A DNA stretch of 64,000 nucleotides from Promethearchaeati archaeon. GTDB taxonomy: Archaea; Asgardarchaeota; Heimdallarchaeia; Heimdallarchaeales; Heimdallarchaeaceae. The stretch spans positions 61,361 to 125,360 of the forward strand of contig JABLTJ010000014.1 in the NCBI GenBank assembly GCA_013166775.1, read 5' to 3'. The notes under the pieces are model-generated. The model saw only the letters and a program-made list of their open reading frames with translations, did no database searches and was not told where the DNA came from. Position 1 is the first letter of the stretch; each line of letters begins with the position of its first letter. Shown here piece by piece: positions 20,194 to 30,205 of the stretch. The translations under genes and the position numbers were made by a program.

Positions 20194-21708
20194 TCAAGAA
20201 TTATTATTCTTTTTCCAGATGTAATCTGAACCTATTTTTGTTATTCTTCCCTTAATAACTAGGTGTTCTAAAACAGAAAGAACAATTCTTTTCATGTAAA
20301 ATCTCCATTCAACTGTATCTTTAGTTGTAATAATATCAGTTAGAGAGTCAATTTCTGATATTCCTTGTTTAAGAGCTTCTGTTAGTTTCTTTTTAATTTT
20401 CTTTATTCTCTGTTTGTTTGAAGAAAGAGTCTTATTTGCATCTGTAATAATATACCCATGTCCTGAAAGGATAAAATTTGCATTTAATTTCTTCATTTTC
20501 TTTAAACTTGATAGAAATTCAGAATATGATTCAGGATAAGAAGCATTAGTAGTTGTTAAGCCTTTATGCAAAGAAATTCCTGAAAATAATAATCCTCTAG
20601 AATCCCATAATCCTATTGATCCTTCAGAACTTCCAGGGAGATCAATTGTTTCCAGATTCCAGCTCTCTTTGTTTAATTCTGGATTGGATCCTAGATGAAT
20701 TTTAGTCCCTTCTTCTAGTATTGAATGAAAATCAAAACCTTCTTGTTCTAGTATCTTAGCATTCTTTACTGAAGTGAACATGGGTAAACCAAAAGTATCT
20801 TTAAAATAAAGTGCTTGATTACAATGATCCGGAAAAGGATTTGTTATTAGAATACCTTCCATTGTATCTTCGTTTTTTTCTATAAAAATATTCAAATCTT
20901 TAGTTGCTTCAAATTCATTAGATCCAGGATCAATTATGTATTTTTTCTCGTTCCCAATTACATAAATATTTGTTGTGTTATATGGAGGGAGTGCTGGTGA
21001 AGGAGTAGAAAATCTCCAAGTATATGGGAAAAGTTGAAAGCTAATCCTTGGAGATACTCCTTTCTTTTGTTCCATTTCTCTTGCAGCTTCAAATGGTTTC
21101 TTGTATTCTTTGGTAATCTTCTTTGTAAGAATTGCAATAGAAGGACTAAATAGTTTATCTAGATTGTGATACTGTTTTTGAATCTCCTCAGCTTCAAACC
21201 ATTTTGCTTTCTCTTCCATTAATAAACCTGGATAAACAGAAACACTTGAAGTTCTTTTCAATTTCATATTTCTAAATTTAGAATCAGAAGGAGTAATGAA
21301 AAGAAAGTAATTTGTGTTGAAGGTATTTTCCCCACTTTGTAATCTCTGAAATCCACAAGGAACCATTGAATGAAACCAAACATTTAGAATCTCTGGTTCA
21401 ATTATACTTATTAAATCATGTTCGTTATCGTGGGTTTTCAAATCGATTATTTTCTTTATATTAAAGAGATTTCTTTCAAAAACTAACCTTAAAGCAGTTA
21501 GACGGTTTAACATATCAGGAGCCATGTCACCAAATTCACCTCTGAGTACAGAACAAAGTTCTTCATCTTTAGGAGTTACTAAACTTCCAATAGGAGACCA
21601 TGAAGTGGGAAGAAAAGGCAATTCAGGACCTTTCTTAGTTAAATAGAAATGGCTTTTTCCACCTTTTATTCTGAAGAATATTACAACAACAGTTCTATAA
21701 TCTGACAT
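20194..21708 (-). CDS. Nudix-like + metallo-beta-lactamase-fold fusion (LACTB2-like) with degenerate metal ligands
   Basis: LPPYNTTNIYVIG..IIDPGS, ITNPFPDH, LPGSSEG, LSGHG and wHTH-like tail; start moved to MSDYRT (21708) because the longer ORF overlaps guaB. Confidence 0.75.
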   Translation of the reverse strand: MSDYRTVVVIFFRIKGGKSHFYLTKKGPELPFLPTSWSPIGSLVTPKDEELCSVLRGEFGDMAPDMLNRLTALRLVFERNLFNIKKIIDLKTHDNEHDLISIIEPEILNVWFHSMVPCGFQRLQSGENTFNTNYFLFITPSDSKFRNMKLKRTSSVSVYPGLLMEEKAKWFEAEEIQKQYHNLDKLFSPSIAILTKKITKEYKKPFEAAREMEQKKGVSPRISFQLFPYTWRFSTPSPALPPYNTTNIYVIGNEKKYIIDPGSNEFEATKDLNIFIEKNEDTMEGILITNPFPDHCNQALYFKDTFGLPMFTSVKNAKILEQEGFDFHSILEEGTKIHLGSNPELNKESWNLETIDLPGSSEGSIGLWDSRGLLFSGISLHKGLTTTNASYPESYSEFLSSLKKMKKLNANFILSGHGYIITDANKTLSSNKQRIKKIKKKLTEALKQGISEIDSLTDIITTKDTVEWRFYMKRIVLSVLEHLVIKGRITKIGSDYIWKKNNNS

Positions 21709-21778
21709 GGGTCTGTGATAAAACAATAATGCTTCTATATAACTTCTTTCACTCAAAGTTAGTGAAACTATTATGCAA

Positions 21779-23206
21779 CTAAATAAGTTCAACATCATGA
21801 CTAGTTGATTCTCTTCTACCAGCTGAGGTAATTCGGATAAATTCAGCTTTTTCTTGCATCTCTTTGATACTTGCAGAACCACAATAAGACATTCCAGAGC
21901 GTAATCCACCAACTAATTGGTTAAGAACCTCTGAAGTATTTCCTCTATAAGGAACCATAGCTTCAACTCCTTCAGGTACTATGGAACCAAGATCCATTTC
22001 ATCAAAAGAACCTTTCTTCTCTCTTTCTTCACGACCAAGAGTTGCGAAAGTAGAAGCCATTCCTCGTACAACTTTGAATCGCCTTCCTTGGCGGAGAATT
22101 GAGGTTCCAGGACTCTCTTCTGTACCAGCTAAAAGACCGCCAATCATGACAGTAGAGGCACCTACAGCAATTGCTTTTGCAATATCTCCAGAATTTCTAA
22201 TTCCCCCATCTGCAATTAAAGGAACTCCATGATCTTTGGAAACGGAAAGAGAGTCTTCTATAGCAGTTAATTGCGGAACACCACAACCAGTAACGATTCT
22301 TGTAATACAAATACTTCCAGGACCTACACCTACCTTAATTCCGTCTGCACCTGCGTTAATTAGATCCTTTGTCCCTTCTATTGTTGCAACATTTCCAGCA
22401 ATGAGTTCAATGTTACCAAAATTCTTTCTTATTTCCTTCATTGCATTTATTCCCAAATCACTGTGACCGTGGGCAATATCTAGAACTAGAACATCTGCAT
22501 CAACATTAATCAATTCCTCAGCCCTTCGAAGATAATCTCCACGGACTCCAATTGCTGCTCCCACAAGAAGACGACCTTTAGCATCTTTTGATGCGTTGGG
22601 AAGTATTTTGCTTTTGATAATATCTTTTGAAGTTATTAAACCTTTTAGATTTTTATTCTCATCTACGAGAGGAAGTTTTTCTATTCTATTCTTCTGAAGA
22701 ATCTTCTCAGCTTCTTCGATTGTTGTTCTAGGACTTGCAGTAATCAAATCAGTTGACATAAGTTCGGAGATTTTTTTTATTCCATCCTCCTCAAACATGA
22801 GATCTCTATTCGTCAATATTCCAACTAGTTTGTTTCCATTTTCGGTGACGAGAATGCCTGAAATACCTTTTTCCTTAATGAGATTTCTAGCATCTTCGAT
22901 TGTGTGAGAAGGAGATAAACAGTATGGATGATCTATCCTGAACATTTCAGATCGCTTAACTTTGGTTACTTCACTTACCTGATCTTCAACGGTCAGGAAA
23001 CGATGAATAATCCCTATTCCTCCTTCTTGAGCCATAACTATAGCCATGTTGCTTTCAGTTACAGTATCCATGTTAGATGAGACTATAGGTATGTTTAGTT
23101 TAATATTCCTTGAAAGATAAGTAGATGTATCTATATCCTTTCTTGAGGAAACCGATGATCTCTTAGGGACAAGAAGTACGTCATCAAAAGTGATTCCTTC
23201 ACGCAT
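21779..23206 (-). CDS. guaB: inosine-5'-monophosphate dehydrogenase with CBS pair
   Basis: [55 protein letters not shown]; start at or near MREG. Confidence 0.95.
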   Translation of the reverse strand: MREGITFDDVLLVPKRSSVSSRKDIDTSTYLSRNIKLNIPIVSSNMDTVTESNMAIVMAQEGGIGIIHRFLTVEDQVSEVTKVKRSEMFRIDHPYCLSPSHTIEDARNLIKEKGISGILVTENGNKLVGILTNRDLMFEEDGIKKISELMSTDLITASPRTTIEEAEKILQKNRIEKLPLVDENKNLKGLITSKDIIKSKILPNASKDAKGRLLVGAAIGVRGDYLRRAEELINVDADVLVLDIAHGHSDLGINAMKEIRKNFGNIELIAGNVATIEGTKDLINAGADGIKVGVGPGSICITRIVTGCGVPQLTAIEDSLSVSKDHGVPLIADGGIRNSGDIAKAIAVGASTVMIGGLLAGTEESPGTSILRQGRRFKVVRGMASTFATLGREEREKKGSFDEMDLGSIVPEGVEAMVPYRGNTSEVLNQLVGGLRSGMSYCGSASIKEMQEKAEFIRITSAGRRESTSHDVELI

Positions 23207-23376
23207 TTGAACCAATCCAACATTACAGATTTTATTCATTTAAAAATCTTGTTTACCTTTACTTCAAAACATAGTTCTTTTGCAGTATAATGAAAATCTA
23301 ATTTGAAATCTGTAAATAATTGCATAAAAATCATTGCAAGGATATACTTATATTTCGCACATTCTTCTTTAGAATT

Positions 23377-24276
23377 ATGATTCGCATAGTAACAGATAGT
23401 GCTTCAGACATTCCTTGGGATTTTGCAAAGGAAAACAAGATCAAAGTTGTTTCTTTGTATGTAATGGTTCATGATGAAGTGTTAGTGGAAGATGAAAATT
23501 TCAATCGAGAGAGCTACTATAAACTCTTCGAGGATGAAAAAGCTTTCTTTAATATTCCAAAACTAAATCTCTATTCATTTGTGCCCAAAACATCTCAACC
23601 AAATCCACAGGATTTCACAAAAGCTTATCTTGAGCTGATAGAAGAAGGAATTAAAGAAATAATCGTTATTAACGTAACAGCGGGATTAAGTGGAACAATA
23701 AATAGCTCAAATTTAGCTGCAAAACAGATAATGAGAAAGAATAAGGATGTAAAGATTCATATAATTGATGCAAAATCAGCTTCTTATCCTGAAGTTTTAC
23801 TAATTAGAATAGCTCTAAAATTAATAAAGAAAGGATATAATGGAGAGAAGATTGCAGAGATTCTTCGAGAACAAGCAATTAAAATTAAGACAGTTATTCT
23901 CTTACCCACGTTGAGATATCTCTGGAAAGGAGGAAGATTGGGAACTTCAAAATTCGTATTAGGATCGATGCTAAGAAAGAAACCAATTGTCACAATGACT
24001 GAAGAAGGAAATGTAATAACTGTAGGATCAGCTAGTGATGTAGAAAGTGGATTAAAAGAATCTTTACGATTGAGTACTGATGATTATACAAAAGAACCAA
24101 AAGCAATTACTATTGTCTATGGTAGTAGTTTAGAATACGCAAACCTATGTTCAGAAATAATCAAAGAAAAATATCCAAAGATGCCTATAGAAATTGCTCA
24201 AAGTGGAGGTTCAGTCTTATCTCATCTTGGACCTGAATCTATTGGTGTAATTTCAGATTTTACTGATGAATTCTAA
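23377..24276 (+). CDS. DegV/FakB family fatty-acid-binding protein
   Basis: IVTDSASD, PKTSQPNP, LSGTINS, IDAKSAS, LWKGGRL, KPI, HLGP; start at MIRIV. Confidence 0.92.
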   Translation: MIRIVTDSASDIPWDFAKENKIKVVSLYVMVHDEVLVEDENFNRESYYKLFEDEKAFFNIPKLNLYSFVPKTSQPNPQDFTKAYLELIEEGIKEIIVINVTAGLSGTINSSNLAAKQIMRKNKDVKIHIIDAKSASYPEVLLIRIALKLIKKGYNGEKIAEILREQAIKIKTVILLPTLRYLWKGGRLGTSKFVLGSMLRKKPIVTMTEEGNVITVGSASDVESGLKESLRLSTDDYTKEPKAITIVYGSSLEYANLCSEIIKEKYPKMPIEIAQSGGSVLSHLGPESIGVISDFTDEF

Positions 24277-24381
24277 ATAAAAATCTCTAGCATATTTAAC
24301 ATTTTCTTCTATTATTTCGCTTTTTTCTTTTTTGAATGAGTAAAACTAAAATATTGCTTTGTAATATATTATTCGTTAATA

Positions 24382-25404
24382 ATGAAAAGAGTAGGTTTAC
24401 CTCGAGCACTAATTCACTATAAGTTTTCTGAATTATGGATACCATTCTTTAAGGAACTTGGTGCTGAGGTAGTTATCTCACCTTTAACAACAAAGAAAAT
24501 AAAAGATATTGCAGTTAGGTCAGCACCAGATGAAGATTGCTATTCAACTAAACTTTATTTTGGTCATGCTTTGGTTCTAAAAGATAAAGTAGATTATTTA
24601 TTCATTCCACGTTATGGGGGTTACCATAAAAATAAGGTTGGGTGTCCTAAGTTTATTGGTTTAGCAGAAGTCTTAAAATCAATGATTCCTAATTTACCTC
24701 CTATTATTATGCCTCATTTTAATCGAGCGAAAGGTGGAGATCCAAGAAGAATTTTACTAAAACGTGCTTTTGAGGTTGGATTAATATTCACAAAGAATCC
24801 TTTCAAGATTTTTCGAGCGATTAAAAAAGCTTTCAAGGCTTTTAAGGAACACAAAAGAATTTTAATTATTGATGAAGAAACTCTTCATAAATGGGAGCTT
24901 TCAGAAATAATCCTAAATGATTTTCCTTTATACAAGGATAATGAAAGACAGCTTAAGATAGCTTTGGTTGGGCATTCTTATGTTCTGAATGACCCATATT
25001 CCTCACTAGACATAAGATCGATTCTTAAAAACCACGGTATAGATATTATTACTTCTGAACAAATGCCAAGAAGATTGATTGAAGAACAAATGGGAAAATT
25101 AGAGAGCGATCTTTATTTTGAATATGAGAGAGAAATTCTTGGGACAATAATGTATTTTCTTGAAAACAAAACTGTTGACGGAATTGTACATCTTATGATA
25201 TTCAGTTGTGGTCCTGATTCTATTGCAGGTGAACTTGCTGCAAGATTATCCAAAAGACATCCTACTATTCCTCTCTTACAATTGGTATTTGATGAGTTGA
25301 CAGGAGAAGCTGGAATGAGAACAAGAATAGAAGCGTTTGTTGATATGTTAAGAAGAAGTGAAGCAGAGCAAGCTATTCTTCTAACAACAAAAATTCACAT
25401 CTAA
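24382..25404 (+). CDS. DUF2229 / 2-hydroxyacyl-CoA dehydratase-like Fe-S subunit (PlsA/Ger reductase-domain-like)
   Basis: VGLPRAL...FFKELGAEVVISP, DEDCYSTK, GCPKF, FSCGPDS, DELTGEAGMRTRIEAF. Confidence 0.85.
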   Translation: MKRVGLPRALIHYKFSELWIPFFKELGAEVVISPLTTKKIKDIAVRSAPDEDCYSTKLYFGHALVLKDKVDYLFIPRYGGYHKNKVGCPKFIGLAEVLKSMIPNLPPIIMPHFNRAKGGDPRRILLKRAFEVGLIFTKNPFKIFRAIKKAFKAFKEHKRILIIDEETLHKWELSEIILNDFPLYKDNERQLKIALVGHSYVLNDPYSSLDIRSILKNHGIDIITSEQMPRRLIEEQMGKLESDLYFEYEREILGTIMYFLENKTVDGIVHLMIFSCGPDSIAGELAARLSKRHPTIPLLQLVFDELTGEAGMRTRIEAFVDMLRRSEAEQAILLTTKIHI

Positions 25405-25419
25405 AGGAGCAAAAAAGAA

Positions 25420-26508
25420 ATGTCACTTTCCTTTCCATATCTGGGAACCTTTAGTTACGTAGTAGAAGCAATAGCGAAAGGAATGAACAGAAAGGATATT
25501 ATTCTTCCACATGAACCTACATACAAAACCAAGCAACTAGGTTCTCGTCATGCTTCAGAGTTTGTATGTACTCCATTCAAAATGCTTCTTGGATCATTGA
25601 TTGAGGTATTAGATCGAGGAGCATATCAGATAATTTTTACTTTGTTTGTAGATTTTTGTAGATTAGGTTACTATTCTCCACTTTTCAAGTTAATTTTAGA
25701 CGATCTTGGATATGATTTTGAATTAATTGATCTAGATTGGCAGAACAAACCTGAATTCTTTAGAAATTTCAAAAAATTGACAGGAGATTTGAGTGCTTGG
25801 CAAGCTTTTCAAGCATTTCGAGTTGGTTGGATAAAGAATAGATATATCGACTATACAGAAGAATTACAATTTAGTTATGGGGCAATTGAAGTAAACAAAG
25901 GATCAACAAGAAGAGTAGCAAAAAAAGCATTTAGACTAATTGTAGAGACAGAAAGAATGAGCAATATCAGAAAACTCCCTGATGTTGTTAAAAAAATGTT
26001 TGAAAATGAAGTTGAAATTGATAAAAAAGCAAATCCACTCAAAATAGGAGTAGTAGGAGAATTATATGCAGTTGTTGAACCTGCAATAAATCTTCACATC
26101 ATGAAACGTTTGAATGATCTTGGTGTAATCACCTATACCCCAATCACTTTTACTCGATGGATAGATTTGGGAAAAAGATTGAACTTCTTCAAGAAACATC
26201 ATCATAAAGAAGCAGTAAAGAGAGCAAAACCTTACTTAGAATATCGTCTTGGAGGAAAAGCACAAGAATCTATTGGGAGTGCAATTTTGTATAAGGAAGA
26301 GGGATGGGATGGAATGATACACCTATATCCATTTACTTGCATGCCAGAAATCATCTCAAGGAGTATACTACCACAGGTTAGTAAGGAATATGATTTTCCT
26401 ATTCTATCTCTTGTATTAGATGAACACACTGGTGAAGCTGGTTTACAAACAAGATTAGAAGCTTATGTTGATTTACTTGATCGAAAGAGAAGAGGAGATT
26501 TTAAATAA
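25420..26508 (+). CDS. 2-hydroxyacyl-CoA dehydratase-like Fe-S subunit (PlsR-like)
   Basis: VCTPFK, FCRLGYY, KIGVVGELY, PFTCMPE, DEHTGEAGLQTRLEAY. Confidence 0.85.
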   Translation: MSLSFPYLGTFSYVVEAIAKGMNRKDIILPHEPTYKTKQLGSRHASEFVCTPFKMLLGSLIEVLDRGAYQIIFTLFVDFCRLGYYSPLFKLILDDLGYDFELIDLDWQNKPEFFRNFKKLTGDLSAWQAFQAFRVGWIKNRYIDYTEELQFSYGAIEVNKGSTRRVAKKAFRLIVETERMSNIRKLPDVVKKMFENEVEIDKKANPLKIGVVGELYAVVEPAINLHIMKRLNDLGVITYTPITFTRWIDLGKRLNFFKKHHHKEAVKRAKPYLEYRLGGKAQESIGSAILYKEEGWDGMIHLYPFTCMPEIISRSILPQVSKEYDFPILSLVLDEHTGEAGLQTRLEAYVDLLDRKRRGDFK

Positions 26509-26529
26509 AAAGAAGAATGAGGTTATGAA

Positions 26530-27510
26530 ATGACTCAAAGTGTAGAAAGGTATTATTTGGGAGTAGATGTTGGTTCCATCAGCACAAATTTAGCAGTGAT
26601 TGATCAATCAAAAGAATTAATAGATTCAGTCTATTTAAGAACAGAGGGTAGGCCTGTAAATTCTGTGCAAAAAGGAATAAAGTTAATGAGAGATAAAATT
26701 GGAGAGGATCTCGATATTTCTGGAGCAGGATCAACAGGAAGTGCTAGAAAATTGACCGGAGTAATTGTAGGAGCTGATATAGTAAAGAACGAAATTACCG
26801 CTCATGCGTTAGCTTCTTTGCATTACAACCCAGATATTCAGACAGTTATGGAAATAGGGGGGCAAGATAGCAAAATAATAATCATTAGGAATAGCATTGT
26901 TGTAGATTTCGCGATGAATACTGTTTGTGCAGCTGGGACAGGTTCATTCTTAGATATGCAAGCAAGTAGATTGGATATTCCAATTGAGAATTTTGGAAGA
27001 CTGGCATTAAAATCAGAAAATGCTGTTTCTATAGCTGGAAGATGTACTGTATTTGCTGAAAGTGATATGATTCATAAGCAACAACTAGGTCATCCAACAG
27101 AAGATATCATCAAAGGTTTATGCGAAGCACTTGCACGAAATTATCTAAATAATGTTGGAAAAGGAAAGGATATCAAACCACCAATCATGTTTCAAGGTGG
27201 AGTTGCTGCAAATGCTGGTATGCGAGAAGCTTTCGAAAAATATTTGGAAAAAGAGATTCTAATTCCTGAATATTATGATGTAATGGGAGCTATCGGGGCA
27301 GCAATTCTTGCACAGGAAGATAAAGAAAGAAAGAAAAAACATACAGATTCAAAATTCTTTGGATGGGACATTCCAGATATGAAGTTTAATACAACAGGAT
27401 TTGAGTGTGATGGTTGCCCTAATATCTGCGAAATTGTTGAGATTCGTAAAAATGAGGAGTTAATTGCTAGATGGGGGAGTAGATGTGGAAAATGGGATGT
27501 AGCAGATTAG
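26530..27510 (+). CDS. ATP-dependent acyl-CoA dehydratase activase (BadF/BadG/BcrA/BcrD family)
   Basis: LGVDVGSIST, EIGGQDSK, MNTVCAAGTGSFL, GRCTVFAESD, QGGVAAN; C-terminal CDGCPNIC...SRC. Confidence 0.93.
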   Translation: MTQSVERYYLGVDVGSISTNLAVIDQSKELIDSVYLRTEGRPVNSVQKGIKLMRDKIGEDLDISGAGSTGSARKLTGVIVGADIVKNEITAHALASLHYNPDIQTVMEIGGQDSKIIIIRNSIVVDFAMNTVCAAGTGSFLDMQASRLDIPIENFGRLALKSENAVSIAGRCTVFAESDMIHKQQLGHPTEDIIKGLCEALARNYLNNVGKGKDIKPPIMFQGGVAANAGMREAFEKYLEKEILIPEYYDVMGAIGAAILAQEDKERKKKHTDSKFFGWDIPDMKFNTTGFECDGCPNICEIVEIRKNEELIARWGSRCGKWDVAD

Positions 27511-27531
27511 TTTCAATTTTCATAATATTAA

Positions 27532-27557
27532 AAAAGATAAGTAGAAAATTATCTTTT
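27532..27557. terminator. AT-rich inverted repeat between convergent genes
   Basis: AAAAGATAA-N8-TTATCTTTT. Confidence 0.35.
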
Positions 27558-27568
27558 CTAGTTCTTTT

Positions 27569-28177
27569 CTACTCTTGAGATTGTAACATTTTCTGAGGAT
27601 TCCACATCCAAATTTTAAGCAACCATATTGCAGCGATAATTCCAACTAATACTAAACCAAATGCTAAGGCATAAGATTGAGCAAAGGCTACCAGCCATGC
27701 AGATTCCCATCCAGGAGCAAAATGCATGGCAAGCCAAGGAACTTTAATTAAAGATACAAGTATGGCAATTTCGACGCAGAGTAAAGCATCGACTATTAAG
27801 CCGAAACCCCAGAATTTTCCTGTGGATAGAAGTTTTTTCATTGGTTGTGTTCGCAAAGCCATAGGAAAGTCGCATTTCATTACTGATTGAGCAAAAGGAC
27901 AAATTTCTGGTAACACTGTTACTTAACCAATTTTGATTCCATTATAACCAAAATGAGCAGCAAAGAAAGCTACTGGACCAGCAGCGATTAAATTCAAGGC
28001 AAAGTTACTAGCTAAATGCTCTGTACCATAAACTATGATAGCCATGATAAGAGACATAGGTACAGCGATTAAAACAGTCATGATGATACTAATCCACCAA
28101 TGCCTGTATTTTGGATTAAGTCTCATTCCAATGAAAGGACTTTTTGTTAATTCAAATCTTGCTTGTGAAACTGTCAT
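27569..28177 (-). pseudogene. DUF2798-like membrane protein interrupted by one in-frame TAA
   Basis: ORFs 27923-28177 and 27569-27916 share a frame and read IKIG*VTVLPEICPF; AAGGTGA RBS only at the first. Confidence 0.6.
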
Positions 28178-28383
28178 TTTTTTTCACCTTTTAGTTGAAT
28201 TGATTATAGAAGAAAGAAAAGAAATAGAACCTTTGAGAGTAAAATTTTTTTCCTAAGCCAAGTCTTCATTTTCATCAAATCTTTAGTTAGCGTTATATGC
28301 TATCCCTGAATCATGTAAATTGCTTTATAAACTCGGAGAAAAAAGGAAAATAGATATTAGAAGGATTTTATTAGTTCTAGAGC

Positions 28384-29478
28384 TCATCTCCAGTCAAAAT
28401 AAAATGATTCGATTTCCTCAGGTATTGGAATATTTTTTAAGTTAAATAAATCTAAATTGACTTTGTTTTCAAAAAAGAAGAATTTAGCCTTTTTCAAAGG
28501 TTTCATATCAAAGTAAGGAATGTAAGGTGTCTGTAAACCAAACCATCCCTTTTCTTTTGATTTCTGACACAGATAATTTGATAAATTAGTAGCTTCTTTT
28601 ACATTCAACCTATGAATATGAACCATATCGAGCCAGCCATAGGGAATCTTATTTCCAAGTCCTGCAAGGAGAAATTCCCAAGCTAATATAAAACCTTGAA
28701 CCTTTCCATTTTTGTCTTCATGTACAACACAAACTACATGTGGATTTTCCAACATCCATTTTAAATCATCAAGTTCGGGAACTATAGATAATTGATTTCG
28801 TTCTACTTGCTCTTGGATAATCTCATATATGTCAGGTATGTCTTTCTCTTGAAAAGCTCTTATCTGTTTTGAATCAATGATTTTATACTTTTGAAAGAAC
28901 TTGAAAACTAGTTTTTCGTACCATCTTAGTCTGACTACTTTAGATACAGTATTTACATCAAAAGCTTTGATAACAAATTTGTTCAGAGTAACTACTCTTT
29001 GGAAAGGTAAATTCATCTCCCTGGATACGGAAGTAGAGACATCGACACCATGTTGATCTGGCTCGTGGAAAGAGAAACCTCCATGATAATCACTTGATAT
29101 TCCAATTTCCCATAGCTTTAAACCCATCCTTTTAGCAAGACCTTTTCTCTGATGATCAGAATGTACACACAACCAAGACGGAATAGCAAAATTGTAAACC
29201 TTCCCCATAATTGAGAGATTTCTAGGAATTGAGCCTAAGAATCCAACCATTTTTCCTGTTGGCTTATGGATAGCTCTAATGAAAAGATCCTTGTCAACAG
29301 AAGGAGCGCCGTACATAATGTTGAAAGTATCTTCTGAAAAAGCAACTGTCGCACCTTCTTTTAAGGCATTTTCATCATTTACAAACGCTTGAGTAATTAA
29401 TTTGGAGAATTCTTCAAATTTCTCTTTCTCAATAGTAAATTGTTCAATGAGATAATCATCAGAGTTTTTACTTATCAA
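28384..29478 (-). CDS. tandem-GNAT acyltransferase, N-myristoyltransferase-like
   Basis: GKMVGFLGSIP, WLCVHSDHQRKGLA, IRAFQEKDIP, HEDKNGKVQGFI, KEKGW, PLKKAKF, LFNLK, in the same order as remembered eukaryotic NMT motifs. Confidence 0.75.
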   Translation of the reverse strand: MISKNSDDYLIEQFTIEKEKFEEFSKLITQAFVNDENALKEGATVAFSEDTFNIMYGAPSVDKDLFIRAIHKPTGKMVGFLGSIPRNLSIMGKVYNFAIPSWLCVHSDHQRKGLAKRMGLKLWEIGISSDYHGGFSFHEPDQHGVDVSTSVSREMNLPFQRVVTLNKFVIKAFDVNTVSKVVRLRWYEKLVFKFFQKYKIIDSKQIRAFQEKDIPDIYEIIQEQVERNQLSIVPELDDLKWMLENPHVVCVVHEDKNGKVQGFILAWEFLLAGLGNKIPYGWLDMVHIHRLNVKEATNLSNYLCQKSKEKGWFGLQTPYIPYFDMKPLKKAKFFFFENKVNLDLFNLKNIPIPEEIESFYFDWR

Positions 29479-29539
29479 AACATCACTTCTCTATTCAATG
29501 TTTGAATAATTTGCTGAATTATAAAGTTTTCATCTATAA

Positions 29540-30100
29540 TTACAACTGTCTACCTGATAAGAAAATTTCATCAATGAATGATGTTATTGATCTTCTTTCT
29601 TCGAAATTTAACTGCAGATCTGTTTTACTGATAGTAACTAACTTGTTCCAGATATTACTTGTTTCACTTAAAATATTTGAAAATTCATCTAGTCTTTTTA
29701 TAGCATGAAAGGATTTTCCTACAAAGAAATAACAGAAGAACAAAGAGTCTAATTGCTTCATAATGTAAGAGTAATCATACAATTTACCACGTTTAACTAT
29801 GTCAAAATCAGTTGTAATCTCAAGATTTTCTATGATGTAGGGATCTGTTTCTTCTCCTGACCCTGTAAAATTATAGTTAAGAAAATCTTCATTAGAACCA
29901 ATTTCAATAGGTTCATGGGGTGCTAACTGCAGTAAAATACTGATTTTAGATAGGTTAATTGTGGGAAAGAAATCATTAGTTTTTGGTTGATTATAATATT
30001 GAAAAGAATCTAAACTACTATCTTCGATTTGACAGCTATTCTGAGGTAAGATTGAAGAGATTGGTATCATTATAATTAGGAATATTAAAGCAATAATCAA
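29540..30100 (-). pseudogene. chimeric, internally deleted gene: beta-helix surface-protein N-cap joined to a longin-like C-terminal fragment
   Basis: Signal peptide and PHEPIEI...GSGEETDPYIIENL (as in 14933 and 43146), then no beta-helix repeats; ends YIMKQLDSLFFCYFFVGKSFHAIKRLDEF. Confidence 0.55.
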
Positions 30101-30205
30101 AACAAAAATCTTTGAAGTAATGACTTACTCCTGATGCTTAACATTAATTTAAAGCTAAAGAAGTCTAATATAAAAGGGATGTGCTGAAATAAAAAGAAAG
30201 GGAGA

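Noticed and set aside
21709-21912. N-terminal extension of the MBL-fold ORF
   Set aside because: Overlaps the guaB 3' end in another frame; the protein-like sequence starts at MSDYRT
27923-27925. Selenocysteine or pyrrolysine recoding
   Set aside because: The stop is TAA, not TGA or TAG, and no recoding element is visible
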